NCBI RefSeq assembly: GCF_009914755.1
Contig: NC_060942.1
Direction: 5' to 3' (one strand)
Length of the DNA stretch: 64,000 nucleotides
DNA from: the human T2T-CHM13v2.0 reference genome, Homo sapiens
This document shows, in pieces, positions 40,760-53,262 of this stretch (its first letter is position 1; each line of letters starts with the position of its first letter). The notes below the pieces were generated by a model, which saw nothing but the letters and a program-made list of their open reading frames with translations, was not told the origin of the DNA and did no database searches. Made by a program: the position numbers and the translations under genes.

Positions 40760-43678
40760 TGTCTTTTTTTTTTAAAAGTTATTAGCTATACAAAAAATTG
40801 TGAGCTTTTTCTTTATGATTTGGGTTTTTCAGTCTAGTTAAAGAATATATTCCCTACATTAATAATATATGAATATCCTCCAAAGTATTCTAATCTTTTT
40901 ATATTTAAAATTTTTTCCCTTTAGATTTTTAGAAGTGTGAGTTCTGCAATTTTGCTTTTCTTTTTCAAGATGGTTTTGTCTATTCTGGGTCCCTGAATTT
41001 CCATAAGAATTTTAAGATAAGTGTGCCAATTTCTATCAAGAAGCCAGATGGAATTTTGATAGGAATTGCTTTGAATCTATAAATCATTTTAGGGAGTGTT
41101 GTCATTGCTTAACAATACCAAGTCCTCTGATCTGTCCACAGAGGATGAATTTCCACTTATTTAGATCTTTAACTTCTTTCAACAATGCTTTTTAGTTTTC
41201 AGAGTATAAGTGTTACATTTTTATTAAATTTATTCCTTACTATTTTGTTCTTTTAGTGTTATTGTATATGGGTTTTTTTCTTCACTGATTTTTGGGTTGA
41301 TGAGAAGCCAGCTGTTAATATTATTCTAGTTCTCTTGTACATGACAAGTCCTTTTTCTCTTGCTGTTTTCAGAATTTTATCCTTGGCTTTCAGCATTTTT
41401 ACCAGAATGTGTCTGGGTATGAATCACTTTGCATTTATCCTACTTAACGTTTGTTGAACTTCTTCAATTTGTAGGCTGTTTTTCATCAAATATAGAAAGT
41501 TAAACATTTTTTTTATTATTTTCTTCTCCTTTTCCTCTCTCACCACTTCTACTACCCATAGTAGTACTTGTGCGCCACATATCTATGATGTCTGTTCCTT
41601 ATTTAAATTATTTCCTGTCTTCTTTAGAGTGCATAATCTCTATCACTGTATCTTCAAGTTTGCTGACACCTTCATCTGCTAGTTCAAATTTACTATTGTG
41701 CCCCTCTTAATGAAATTTTCATTTTCATTATTTTACCTTTCAACCCAGAATTTCCATCTCACTTTTTTCATTGTTGCTCTCTCTTTATTGATGTTCCGTA
41801 TTTGGTGAGACACTGTCATTATACCTTCCTTAATTTATGTAAACATGGTTTACTTTAGATATTTAAAGATATTTAAAATGCCTACTTCGAAAACCTTTTC
41901 TGTTAAATCCAACATCAAGCATTTCATAGAAGATTTTCTTGTCTGATTGTTTTCTAGACTGTCATTCTTTCCAGTTTCTTTGCATATCTGCATCTCTCTC
42001 TCTCTCTTACTCTTTTTTTTTGCAAGTGGATATTGTAGGTTATATCTTATAGCATCCATATATACTACTCCTCTCTTCCTTCAGGAATTGTTTTTATTGT
42101 TGTCTTTTTAGTAACTTGGTTAGAGATTTGACTGTATTATTTTAGTGAAGCTACTTTCTCTGCAGCATGAAGGGGCACAGCCTTGGTTGGCCATGAGCAC
42201 AGTCACCATGGAACTCCCCTTTTCCCTGATCCCTCTGTTAAACTATTATGAATGGCTAAGTGAAAGGTAGTAATTACTTAAAGTATATTTTCCTCAGAGA
42301 CAGAGAGTATTTCTTTTAATTGTACTTTTATTTTATCATTATATACCATAATTTTTAGGAGTTTGTTTATATTTGGTTTGGGGAATGGGATAATTAATTT
42401 ATGTTAGGTTTTCAGTGGTCACAGTAAAATTACATTTGCCATTCATAAATTATATTAGGTTTTCAATGGTCACAGCAAAATTACATTTGCCATTCACAGT
42501 AAAATTACATTTGCCATTGTGAACCTGTTTCTAAGTATACTATTTCCTTGATAAGCAATGGGGATAAAATTATTAGGGAGATAATAATCACTGCTCAAGA
42601 TTTTATAATCTGCTTTGATATCACACCCAGACCTTAGGTCCATTAATTGCTGCCTGATTGCTTTATTGTTTTCAACAATGCGCTGGGCATAAATTGCTCC
42701 ATAGTCTGATAAAATTAAATTTCAGTTCCTTTGCAGAGTATTTTTTAGGCCAGTTTTTGAGGTGGTTCAGGTCCCAAGGGAGCTCTTCTTAGTTATCTCT
42801 TTCCCTGGTTCTCTCTGGTACATTAGTTGATTTACTTTTTAGCTTGTTACATTCATAAAGCTACCAGTCTCCTCTTAATTGCTCACGACCAAAATCTCCA
42901 TTGGTTTCAAGATCACTCTTAGGCACAAACTTCCCTATACCTGTACTCTATATTAAATAGTTGCTTTAGGGAGACCATAGAAATCTGTTCTTATGGTCTT
43001 CCTCTCTACCTGGACAAAATCTAGAGTCTCTGCTTCGGATGGGGACAGAAGTAACATTTTTGCTTTAGTAGCAGAGCATTGGGTGGGGGTGCTCAGCTTA
43101 CCTCTTCTGGAATGAAACATCCACCCTATGAATGAGCTGGGGCAAAGGCCCTAGTATTCTTGGCCTGTCACTCATGCAGTGGAGCCACCACCCTACAGTG
43201 GCCCACTGCCCAAAAGAAAGGAGCCCTTGACCTCTTGGTTGTACTTGCCAGGTATTTAGCCTTTGGAACTCGAAGTTGGAAGGGATGAGAAATGCTGCGG
43301 ACCTGCCTCTGCCTCTCCCATTGAATTACTGTGTCAACTGACTGGGAATTGAGGGAGGATAAATCACTCCCCCCCAACCCCCACCCCCATCCCTCTCCTC
43401 ACTTTTTGGCCAAAATTGCCTGGAGAGGAGCTTCCCTCACATGAATCTATTGGGTGGAATGGATGGGTCAGAACTTAAGTGACACAGATTCTTGCAGTAG
43501 TTTCCAAGATTTAGCAGAATTTTTGAATAACTGTTTCTTCATTTGTTATATGCTCTTAGGGCAAATTCCAGATACTCTAACTGGGTAATTTTAAAAATAT
43601 TTTTTACCATTATGATGGATTCTCCGGGGAACAGTTCCACAGAGCTTCCCACACCACCATTCTGGAAGAATAACTCTA
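40760..43678 (-). mobile_element. Old L1M LINE: ORF2 piece (~40900-41280) fused to ORF1 and the 5'UTR, with an insertion at 42245-42611
   Basis: gaattttgataggaattgctttgaatctata (ORF2); gatgagaagccagctgtta (ORF1); ends ccaccattctggaag, an antisense L1 5'-start-like motif. Confidence 0.8.
42401..42518. repeat. Compound tandem repeat: a 51-bp period plus a third copy of its 24-bp subunit
   Basis: cacagYaaaattacatttgccatt at 42420, 42471 and 42495; atRttaggttttcaRtggt at 42401 and 42452. Confidence 0.93.
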
Positions 43679-45454
43679 CTACCTTTAGATTTTTTATGTA
43701 ACTTTTTTATATGGTAATAAATTTTGGTTTCAATTTGTTTTCCTGTGCTAGATTTCCAAGTATGCCAAAGGCATTTGTTAAATAAACTGCTCTTTTCCAA
43801 AAAGTGACATATTAGTAGTGTATGCATATTTCAATATGTGCTATAATGTAGTAGGTACTCAATAATTATTTTTTAATGAAATTCATATTAACGTCTTATT
43901 TCTATGACTAAAAACACCTCACAAAAACTCCTTTATATTCTTTCCTATTAAGTTACATTTCACATTCAAGAAAAGTTGCAGTTTGTCAAGCTTTTTGATA
44001 TTACAGATGCCTCTGAAAAAAGAATTATATTAAAGTATAGATTGTCATTAACACAGGGAGGTTGACAGTTTCCATTATAAATACCTATTTTAATAAGTAA
44101 TTGTTTAAAGTACTGTTTCCTCAAAGAAGACCATTTCTTTTGATTTTTACCTTTATTTTATCATTATGTATTATGGTAGGTTTTAAGTGATCACAATAAT
44201 ATAAATGCATTTTGCTACTCATAAGTGTCCCATTTCTTTGACAGCCATTGGGGATTAAAATTAATGAGTAGATATAGTGCCTGTGCTCAACATTTTATAA
44301 TCTAGAAGCAGTCAGATATGCAAACTTAGAAAATGGTACAGTATTTTAAAACACAAGCATTGCCATTGATAATGTGTGAAGTCAAAGATGTTAATGATAT
44401 TTAGAATATGATTTTCTTGCCTAGAGTAATGTTGTGTTAAGCCTGTACAGATTCGTTTTTATTCATTAATATTTTAGTACCAAGATCCTGATTATTTAAA
44501 TATTGTGTTTTATACGTTAGAAGTATCATTAAATAAATGGTGAGTATAGAAAGGTTGTTTTGATGGAAGGTTGAGGAAATGTTTTAAGTGGTTCAGTTTA
44601 CCCAGTTTCTTTAATCTCCTTTTGGGATAGTTTCCAGAGTGTTACTTTCTGTCATCTGTGTTCTTAGTTAAATTTTTCTTTTAATGTTTTATCCATTCAG
44701 AAATTCTATTGACAGGAAAGGAAAGAAGCCAAGAAAAATTGGTTAAACAAGATTGAATAAGCTATTATTAATATTCAGATATTATTTGACATGTTTAATA
44801 GCTTAGGTATATTTATCATATTAATATATTTTAATACTTCAATATACAGTTGATTCTTAAGAGATTAATATTTTTGTTTTCTGGATATCTTAAAATATGC
44901 ATGCATAAAATTTATAATACAGAAGATAACATAAGATAACAATGAAGCTACCATTTATTATGTTTTTAATGTCTACTACATATTTATTTCACTGGGGAAG
45001 AATCAGTATTGGGATACCCTCCCACCAACTTTATATAGACCCATTTCCCAAACGAGTGTTTGGAAAATGTGTTTTTTGTTTTTTTTTTTAATTTAACTGA
45101 AAATATTTTCCTTATATCAAACGTGTGTGACAATTTACTAAATTTTAAAGCATGATCAGTTAACTGTTACAAACTTCTAATTTATATAAAATGAGCCATT
45201 TTCAGCAGCAAAATCAAGTATGAACTCTGTATATTTTTTATTTTTAATATATGCCAAACTACAGGTAATTGCAGAAAAATATAAGACCCACATTATATTC
45301 AACAAGCTCCAAATTTTCCCTGTCCGTTTCTGATATTATGAATGCCAAATGTTCCTCAACTACTGTATTTATCTTTATTGTTCTACAGATCAGTTATTCA
45401 TGAAAGTGAAGAAATTATGGAAGGAAAAAATAATCATTCATTTATTTTTGTGTG

Positions 45455-48040
45455 AAAGTTTTATTGGAATGCAGCATGCATACAGATAAGTGCCCACCTG
45501 ATAGCTGTACAGCTTAATGATTTTTTCTAAAATGGTAGCATATCCTTATAACTGGCATCCAGATTTTTTAAAAAGAGAGAACATACCCTAGCATTTTGGA
45601 AACTCCCGTTGCCGTTTTAGTTAATACCCACACAAAAGAACCTACTATCCTGACTTTTTTCACCATCAACTACTTTTGTCTGTTTTTGAACTTTATATAC
45701 TGGAATCATTCAGTATGTACTCTGTTGTATTTAGATAATTTTGTTGTGTGTAGCAACAGTTCTCATTGCTGTGTAGTATTTCCATTGAGTGACATAATAA
45801 TTCCTTATTCTCTTGATGCACTTTTTTTTTTTCATTTTGGAGTACTTTTAGTAGCTGTACTTTTAGGAACATTGATATTATTATTCTAAAATTTCTGTGA
45901 AAATACAAAGGGCTTCTAATAACCAAGGAAAAAGATCAAAGAGCTACCTCAACAAGATATCAGGCTACCAATAATCAAGATAACATGGACATTTTGGTAT
46001 TTATGGTTTTGCTTCCATGGACATTTCAGTAGCTATGATTTTGGTCCACCTAAATACAAAATTTTTTGAGATATATGCCTACAAGTCTAATTGTTGGGTC
46101 ATAGAGTATGCATAGATTCAGCTTTTCAAGATAGTATTAAACTATCTTAAATACTTTCTCAAAATAATTACACCAGTTCATATTGCCACCAGTGATATGT
46201 GAACATTTATGGTATTCAGCATCCTTACAAGGACTGGATATTATCAAACTTTACAATTGTTCATAGTGGTTTTAGTTTGCATTTATCTGATGACTAATGA
46301 GGTTAAGCAACACTTGACACATTTTTGGATACTTGGATATCCCCATTTGTATATTACCAGTTCCAGTCTTTAGTGTATTTTTTTTATTGGGTCATCTTTT
46401 TCTTGTTGATTTGTGTCAGATCTTATAAATTCAGAGTATAAGTCCTTTGTCAAATATATTGTTGGTATCTTCTTACGTTGTGGTTTGTCTTTTGATTCTC
46501 TAAGTGTTGTCATTTGATGAAGAGAAGTTCTTAATTTTAATGTACTCCAATTTGCTTATTTGTCTTAATATATTGTCTATTCGCATCATGTAAAGAGATG
46601 TACTTATGCTACATTTAGATTTATATCTACAAACCACCTGAGTATGACATGAGATAGAGATTAATTTGTTTTAGATGCATATCCAGTTGACCAAACATAT
46701 CTTATTTAAAAGGTCATTCTTCCCCCCACCCCCACAGTGTAATGTTACATTTGTCATAACAATTGACCTTATATGTGAGCATCTATTTATAGACACTGTT
46801 CCTTTGCATTGGTCTGTTTGTCTATCCTTACACCAAAACCATGTTATCTTGATTATTCGTAGCTTGATATCTTGTAGAGGTAGCTCACTATCTTTGTTCT
46901 TTTTCTTTGATTAGAAGCCCTTTGTATTTTCATAGAAATTTTAGAATAATAATGTCAATGTTCCTAAAAGCACAGGAATTTTGGTTATGGATTGCATCTA
47001 ATATATAGAACAACTTAGGGAAGAATTGAAACTTTTGCCACATTGAATCTTCCAATCCATGACCATAACTTGTCTTTCCATTTATTTAGGTCTTCCTTAA
47101 TTTCTCTCAATATTTCATAGTTCCCTTAGGAAAGGTAGTACATCATTTGATCAATTTGTTCCTGTGTCTTTGCTGATTTTTGCTGGTATTATAAATTGTT
47201 GCTATTTTTGTTGATATACAAATCAATTTTTATATATTGATTTTTTCCAGTGAATGTGCTAATTCACGTATTAATTTTAATAGTGTATGGTTTTTTATCC
47301 TCTCAGTCAATACACAGAGTTATATTGTTTATAATAATTACAGTTTTATGTATTATTTTTAAATGCTTATACCTTTCTTGCCTTATTTCACTGGATAATA
47401 TCTTTGGTATAGTGTTGAAGACAAGTGGTGATAGGTGGCATCTATATCTTGTTTTTAAACTTCGGTTTAAAGATTTTATTATTTCATCTTTATGCAGGAT
47501 GCTTAAAGCAGATATATTTTATAGATGCTTTCTGTCATATTAAGGAAATTTCCTTCCATTCCTTGTTTTCTCAGTTTTAATCACAAACAGTGCTTTCTGT
47601 ATCTCTTAAGATGATTTCTTCTTTATTATATTAATGTGATAAATGACCAATTGTTTTAGATATTAAATGATCCTTTTATTCCTAGAATGAACTTACATAC
47701 ACATGCCCATGCATGCTCATGTAAATGCAGTTTGCTAATATTTTGTTGTAAATTTTTACAGTTTTGATCAAGTGGAGATTGGCCTGTAATATTCGTTTTT
47801 TAAAATGTCTTTGATGGTTTTTGGTAATACAAGTAATGATGCTTTCTTAAAATTAGCTAGTAAATATTCTATCTGATGCCAAAGTTTGTGTAAGATTTAT
47901 ATCTTTTCAACATGTTAGGAAAACTATACTCGTAAAGTTAGCTAGACTAGAGATCTTTTTGGGAAAACTTTTAATTACCGACTCAATTTCTTTAATAGTT
48001 GTAGAACTTTTCTATCGTCTCAGTTTTCATAAATTGTTTC
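45455..48040 (-). mobile_element. L1ME-like LINE, 3'UTR plus ORF2 remnant
   Basis: ttttgtctgtttttgaactttatatactggaatcat, tttgcatttatctgatgactaatgagg, gaatcttccaatccatgac. Confidence 0.8.
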
Positions 48041-48249
48041 TGGGAATAAAAAAATTAACAGCTCTATTGATGTAAAATAGCATGCATATTGAATGTGTAC
48101 ATGTTGATAAACTTTGACATATAAACACACTCAATGGAACCATTATCAAAATCAAAATAATGGACATATCTTTCACTCTGGAGAGTTTCTTTGTACACTC
48201 TGACATGTATACAATATTGAGTCTTCCAGTCCATAAGTACTATATAACA

Positions 48250-48479
48250 CCCTCTCCCATCTTCTGATTTTGTACTGGATAATCCTCTGTGGTGGGGGAT
48301 GGACTTGGGGGTGGCTACCTGTCCTTATAGGATATTTACCAGCATACCTGGCCTCTACCTACTAGACATAACTAGCATCCCCTGCCTCCAGTCCCTAACA
48401 ATCAAAAGTATTCTCTAGAAATTGCCAAATGGTTCCAGGAGGAAAAATTCCCCAAGGCTAAGAGATTGAAGAACCACTT
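48250..48479 (-). mobile_element. MER20 (hAT-Charlie) DNA transposon
   Basis: ccagcatacctggcctctacctactagac...attgccaaatg...gaaccact. Confidence 0.8.
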
Positions 48480-48699
48480 ACGTAGAGATCTCACACATCT
48501 TTCGTTTGAATTTATTTATTCCAAGGTATTTTTCATGTGGTTATATATAATTTTCCAAAATTTAATTTTATATTTGGTGCTAACATTTAGCAATGACATT
48601 GACTTTAATCAATCAGTTATATTATGATTGAACAATTTTGCTACAGTCACTCATTAATGCTAATAATTTCTATCAATTGGGAAAACATACATGAGGTAG

Positions 48700-49490
48700 C
48701 TCTTGATATAATATCTAAATGGCCGATAAACATATGAAAATTTGCTCAGCTTCATTAGTCATCAAGTAAACATAAATGAAACCACAGTGTAATACAACTG
48801 CTTGACCAGGAGGATGAAAAACAAACATACATAAATATAAAAAGCAAATATTGGCAATAACAAATGTTGGTGAAGAAGTGAAGCAAATAGAACTCTATTG
48901 GTGGGAGTGAACTGCTTCTTTGAAAAATGGTTTGACAGTATTTATTAAAGTTGACCTAGCATTTAAACTCTTCCCTAGGTTTATACCTAATGGAAATCAT
49001 TGATATGTTTACCAAAAAAAAAAAAACAACAAAAACATGAGCAGAAAAGTTATAGCTATAGTGTTCACAATAGCCAAAACTTGGAAACTACCAAAATACC
49101 TATCAACAGCATAATGGATAAATAAATTGCTGTATAGTATTCCAGTGTTTGAATTTACAATGAGAATGAACAAACGACATCTACATGCAACACCATGGAT
49201 GAATCTCACAAATACAATGTTGAGCATAACTGCCCAATACAAAAGTGTATGTACTGTGTAATTCCATTTTTATAAAGATCAAAAAAAGCAAAACTAATCT
49301 GTGGTGTTAGATTACTCTTAGGGATTAGTACCTGGGAGGGAGCACTTCCAAGTGCTGTTAATGTTCTGTTTCTTAATCTTGTTGCTGATAACAAAAAAGT
49401 ATTCATTTTGTAAAAGTGATTCGAGCCATGCTTATGATTCATTCACTTTCTATATATGTTACACTTCAAGGAAAATATGTCACATGTGCA
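48700..49490 (+). mobile_element. L1ME-like 3' end, sense
   Basis: aaatggccgataaacatatgaaaa, aatagccaaaacttggaaac, catggatgaatctcacaaatacaatgttgag. Confidence 0.85.
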
Positions 49491-49685
49491 AAAATTAAAG
49501 AAAATGACTATTCTTCCGCCCTAACTTGTTTGGCTCTGCAATGAACAGTCTGTTCTGTCACACATGCAACTGGAGTTATGTTTCTCCCTACTCTGACCAC
49601 TGCTTCCTAATCACTTCCACTCCCACCATGACCCCTAGCTCCTTGTCAGGATGTACAGTAAGTCTGACTTAAAAGCTGACTGATG

Positions 49686-49995
49686 GGCCGGGTGCGGTGG
49701 CTCATGCCTGTAATCCCAGCACTTTGGGAGGCTGAGGCGGGTGGATCACCTGAGGTTAGGAGTTTGAGACCAGCCTGACCAACGTGGAGAAACCCAGACT
49801 CTACTAAAAATACAAAAATTAGTCAGGCGTGGTGGCACATGCCTGTAATCCCAGCTACTCAGGAGGCTGAGGCAGGAGAATCGCTTGAACCCAGGAGATG
49901 GAGGTTGCAGTGAGCCAAGATCAGATCGCACCACTGTACTCCAGCCTAGGCAACAAGAGCAAAACTCCGTCTCAAAAAAACAAAACAAAACAAAA
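49686..49995 (+). mobile_element. AluSp-like, full length, (CAAAA)n tail
   Basis: cctgaccaacgtggagaaaccc and caacaagagcaaaactcc diagnostics; imperfect TSD aaaagctgactgatg / aaaactgactggtg. Confidence 0.95.
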
Positions 49996-52469
49996 CTGAC
50001 TGGTGGTCATTGATCAATGTGTTATTTTTCCCCCACTTGTACCTTGTATCTTTGGCACTTCACTAAGGCTAGCTAGGAAACTGTTATTGGCAATCGTTTT
50101 AGTGTAAGAAACTATGACAGCAGAATGTATGTGCTAGAAAGAATTGTCCATAATTAACTTCATTTTTCCATTTGAGTTTTCTCTTTCAGTGGGTCATAGT
50201 TCACGTAAAGGAATGCTTTCTGAACTTGTTCTTCTGAATGTGTGCTTCTGAATATGCTCAAAGACATAAAAATTAGACCATTTCTTTTTATCTTATTAAA
50301 GACATATTGTCTTTCTAGGCACTCTTAAATAGGATCAATTCCAACCAATATCAATTTTTTCTTGAATTTTTGTCCTTAATGATCTAATTTAGAATTTCCT
50401 ACTTATTTAGATGTAGATCTATTGGTGAAGGTTAACCGTTTTCACTTTCTCTTTTACTTCTTTCAAACAAGACAGAAGTGTACATCAAGCTATCATCTTT
50501 AAACATATAGTTAAAATATATGCACTTTCATTTCACTTGATCATATTAAACTTCTAATTTTATTTCTTTACTGAATTTTTTATGGGTTTTTGTTTGGGGG
50601 GGAACAAAGCCTTTATTTTATAAAATGCTTGAAAAATGTTATGATAAAATAAATTTGCATACAAAATGCTGTTGCCTTATGAATATAATTGTACTCTTTT
50701 CTCTAAGGTTGATTTTAAAATGTTCTCACTTTTTTGTTTTGCCAGATAAATTATTTCGTTTAGATTTTCCATTTAATTTCCTATATTTTAGCCCCAGAGT
50801 CCAATTTTGTCATTTTAGAATGAATGTAGAGATCATGGTTATTCTTGCATTGATTTCTAAATAACCAAATTACATCTTCCATTGTAAACAGATGTTTGTA
50901 TTTGTTTTATTGTCATAATTTCTCTCTTCCTTTTGGGGAAACAGACAATTTTTTATTTTTAATGTCCATGGAATTCACATTTGCTTTCTCTTTTTTATGC
51001 GCTTGTATGCAAATTTGATGAATATTCTTCTCATTTAATTTTGTATTTGATTTTGTGCAATATGCCTTAAAGTTGCTTTAAAAATATATGTGATCTTCTT
51101 CCAAAATTTGGCTGGACTCCTCTTGTCCAGAGTTTTACAACATATATATTAACTGCATTTTATTTCTTTTTATGAGGTAAGAATCATATTATGGAAAATC
51201 TGAATTCCCAAATGACTAATTGTTAACTTGTCAGTGTATGGTTATTATTTAATTAAATGGAAACATTTTTCAGTTATGATAATGAATTGTGTCACTGGTA
51301 ACTGATTTTTAAACAGCTTGGAATTTTAAAAGCCATTCCTCCCCTTTATCATTTGAATAAATTAGATGGTTGGTTGTTTGCGCACAGATCCTGTGAGTCC
51401 TGTGGGTGAGACCATATGGTGTGATTAGATCACTCGGTGTCTGGGAGAGGCTATGGGGATCCCTTGCAGAGCCAGGGCTGTATTGTCATAGCAGTTGCCT
51501 CCCTGCTAATTTATCTCAGGGCTCACACTCTTACATTTTTGGTCTAATCACTTATATATCACTCAGCAATAAAAAACTGTGTCAAAAAGATTAAAATTTT
51601 AGACATTCCTGCAGTTGCTGGAAAAAATGGTGATAATGTCATAAAATATGCAATCTTTATTTCTTAAATGTTCATGCTATATGAAAACAGTTCCATGTAC
51701 TCCTCCAATTTCTGGTTTACAGACAATATATTATATTTTAGGTGTTATTTGTTTAAGATGAGATACAGGATTAAAGGGAAACTAGATAATGTATTGGCAA
51801 AAATTTGAGAACTGTTGTTGATGCTCCAGTTGCTATTATTTTGCAAAAATTCTTTTGTATTTGTTTATAGTAGTTAATCATAAAGTATGATTTTGGCTGT
51901 TTGTTTTCCACCTGATACATTTATTTATTTATTGTAGAATATATTTGTTTTAAAATTTCAGCTTTGATTACTGACAGAGAATATGAATGATGGTATTTTA
52001 ATGCTTTCTGTCATTTAAAAAAAATTGTATTACAGTTTTAGAGTCTAAGTGATTGTTGCTCCTGGCATTAACATTGACACACTTATAAATAGATTTTGAC
52101 ATTCATTGAGATTACTTGCTTGCAGGCCTGAAAATAAAGATGAGATATGAAAGAATTTAGGTTATTGGGGAAGGAGCCAGTCATTTAATCTCTTTCGTAT
52201 TTCAGACTGCTCTCTTATTTCACCTGTAGTTTACAATACTAGCTGACGAGTGTTCTTGTGATTGTTCTGAAACAAAAGCTCCTCTGATGATTTTGAAGCT
52301 AGTTTTCCTGATACTTTTTAGCTACCCCAATTTCTATAAAATATTTAGCTCAGAATACCAAGAAAGACTTCAAGGATCCAGGATACTCCTGAAACTTTCT
52401 GCAGTATTTTGCATGTATGTATGTCTATATGTTTGTGTGTATGTGTGCATTTGTTAGTTGGTTTTCAAG

Positions 52470-52934
52470 GTGTGTTAGTCAAGGTAGAAGCTATGTTGCT
52501 GTAAGAAAGAGTCCCAGAAAATGGTAGCTTAGACATGATAGTGGTTTTTCTCTCTAATAACAGTCTGCAAGTAGCCAGTGCATCCGTGGGAGTTTGGCAG
52601 TTTTGCTCCTTCAAGTTGTGCAGTACTTCTGTTTCTTCTTTTTGTCCCATCTGCTGCCAGGCTATTGCACTCCTTCTCAGTGGTTGAAGCTGGCTCATCC
52701 ACGTTCTAGCTAAATGACTGGCTATACACTAGGAGTGCACAAGTTACATACATCACACGTGCTCACGTTCCTTTGTTGAGAAGTTGGACACAGCCACCAG
52801 TAACCTCAAGGGAGTCTGGGAAAGATCATCTCTAGTGTGGCTCAAAATCAGGGTTTGTTACTATACAAAATCAGGGTTTGTTACAATACAAGAATGAGGG
52901 GGAGAATACAGAGAGGCAGTTAGCAATCTACCAC
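52470..52934 (-). mobile_element. Old MLT1 (H/I/J-like) LTR containing a 23-bp tandem duplication at 52843-52891
   Basis: tgtgttagtcaaggtagaagctatgttgctgtaa...caagggagtctgggaaa...gcaatctaccaca; caaaatcagggtttgttacWata twice. Confidence 0.75.
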
Positions 52935-52937
52935 AAG

Positions 52938-52941
<4 letters not shown>

Positions 52942-52981
<40 letters not shown>

Positions 52982-53262
52982 AGACAGGGTCTTACCGTCA
53001 CCCAGGCTGGAGTGCAGTGGCACAATCTTGGCTCACTGCAACCTCCACCCCGCCCCCCGGGTTCAAGCGATTCTCCTGCCTCAGCCTCCTCAGTAGCTGA
53101 GATTACAGGCACCTGCCACCACGCCTGGCTAATTTTGTGTATTCTTCATGGAGATGGACCATGTTGGCCAGGCTGCTCTTGAACTCCTGACCTCAAGTGG
53201 TCCACCCCCACCTCAGCCTCCCAAAGTGTTGGGATTACAGGCATGAGCCACCGTGCCCGGCC
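52942..53262 (-). mobile_element. AluS (Sz-like), antisense, with a pure T39 tract
   Basis: T at 52942-52980 then gagacagggtctt...ctcctgacctcaagtg...ccgtgcccggcc. Confidence 0.95.

Noticed and set aside
45455-49490. Opposed L1ME 3' ends (45455-46350 minus, 48700-49490 plus) as another local inverted duplication
   Set aside because: Similarity by eye is only family level with no long exact anchors; more likely independent insertions.
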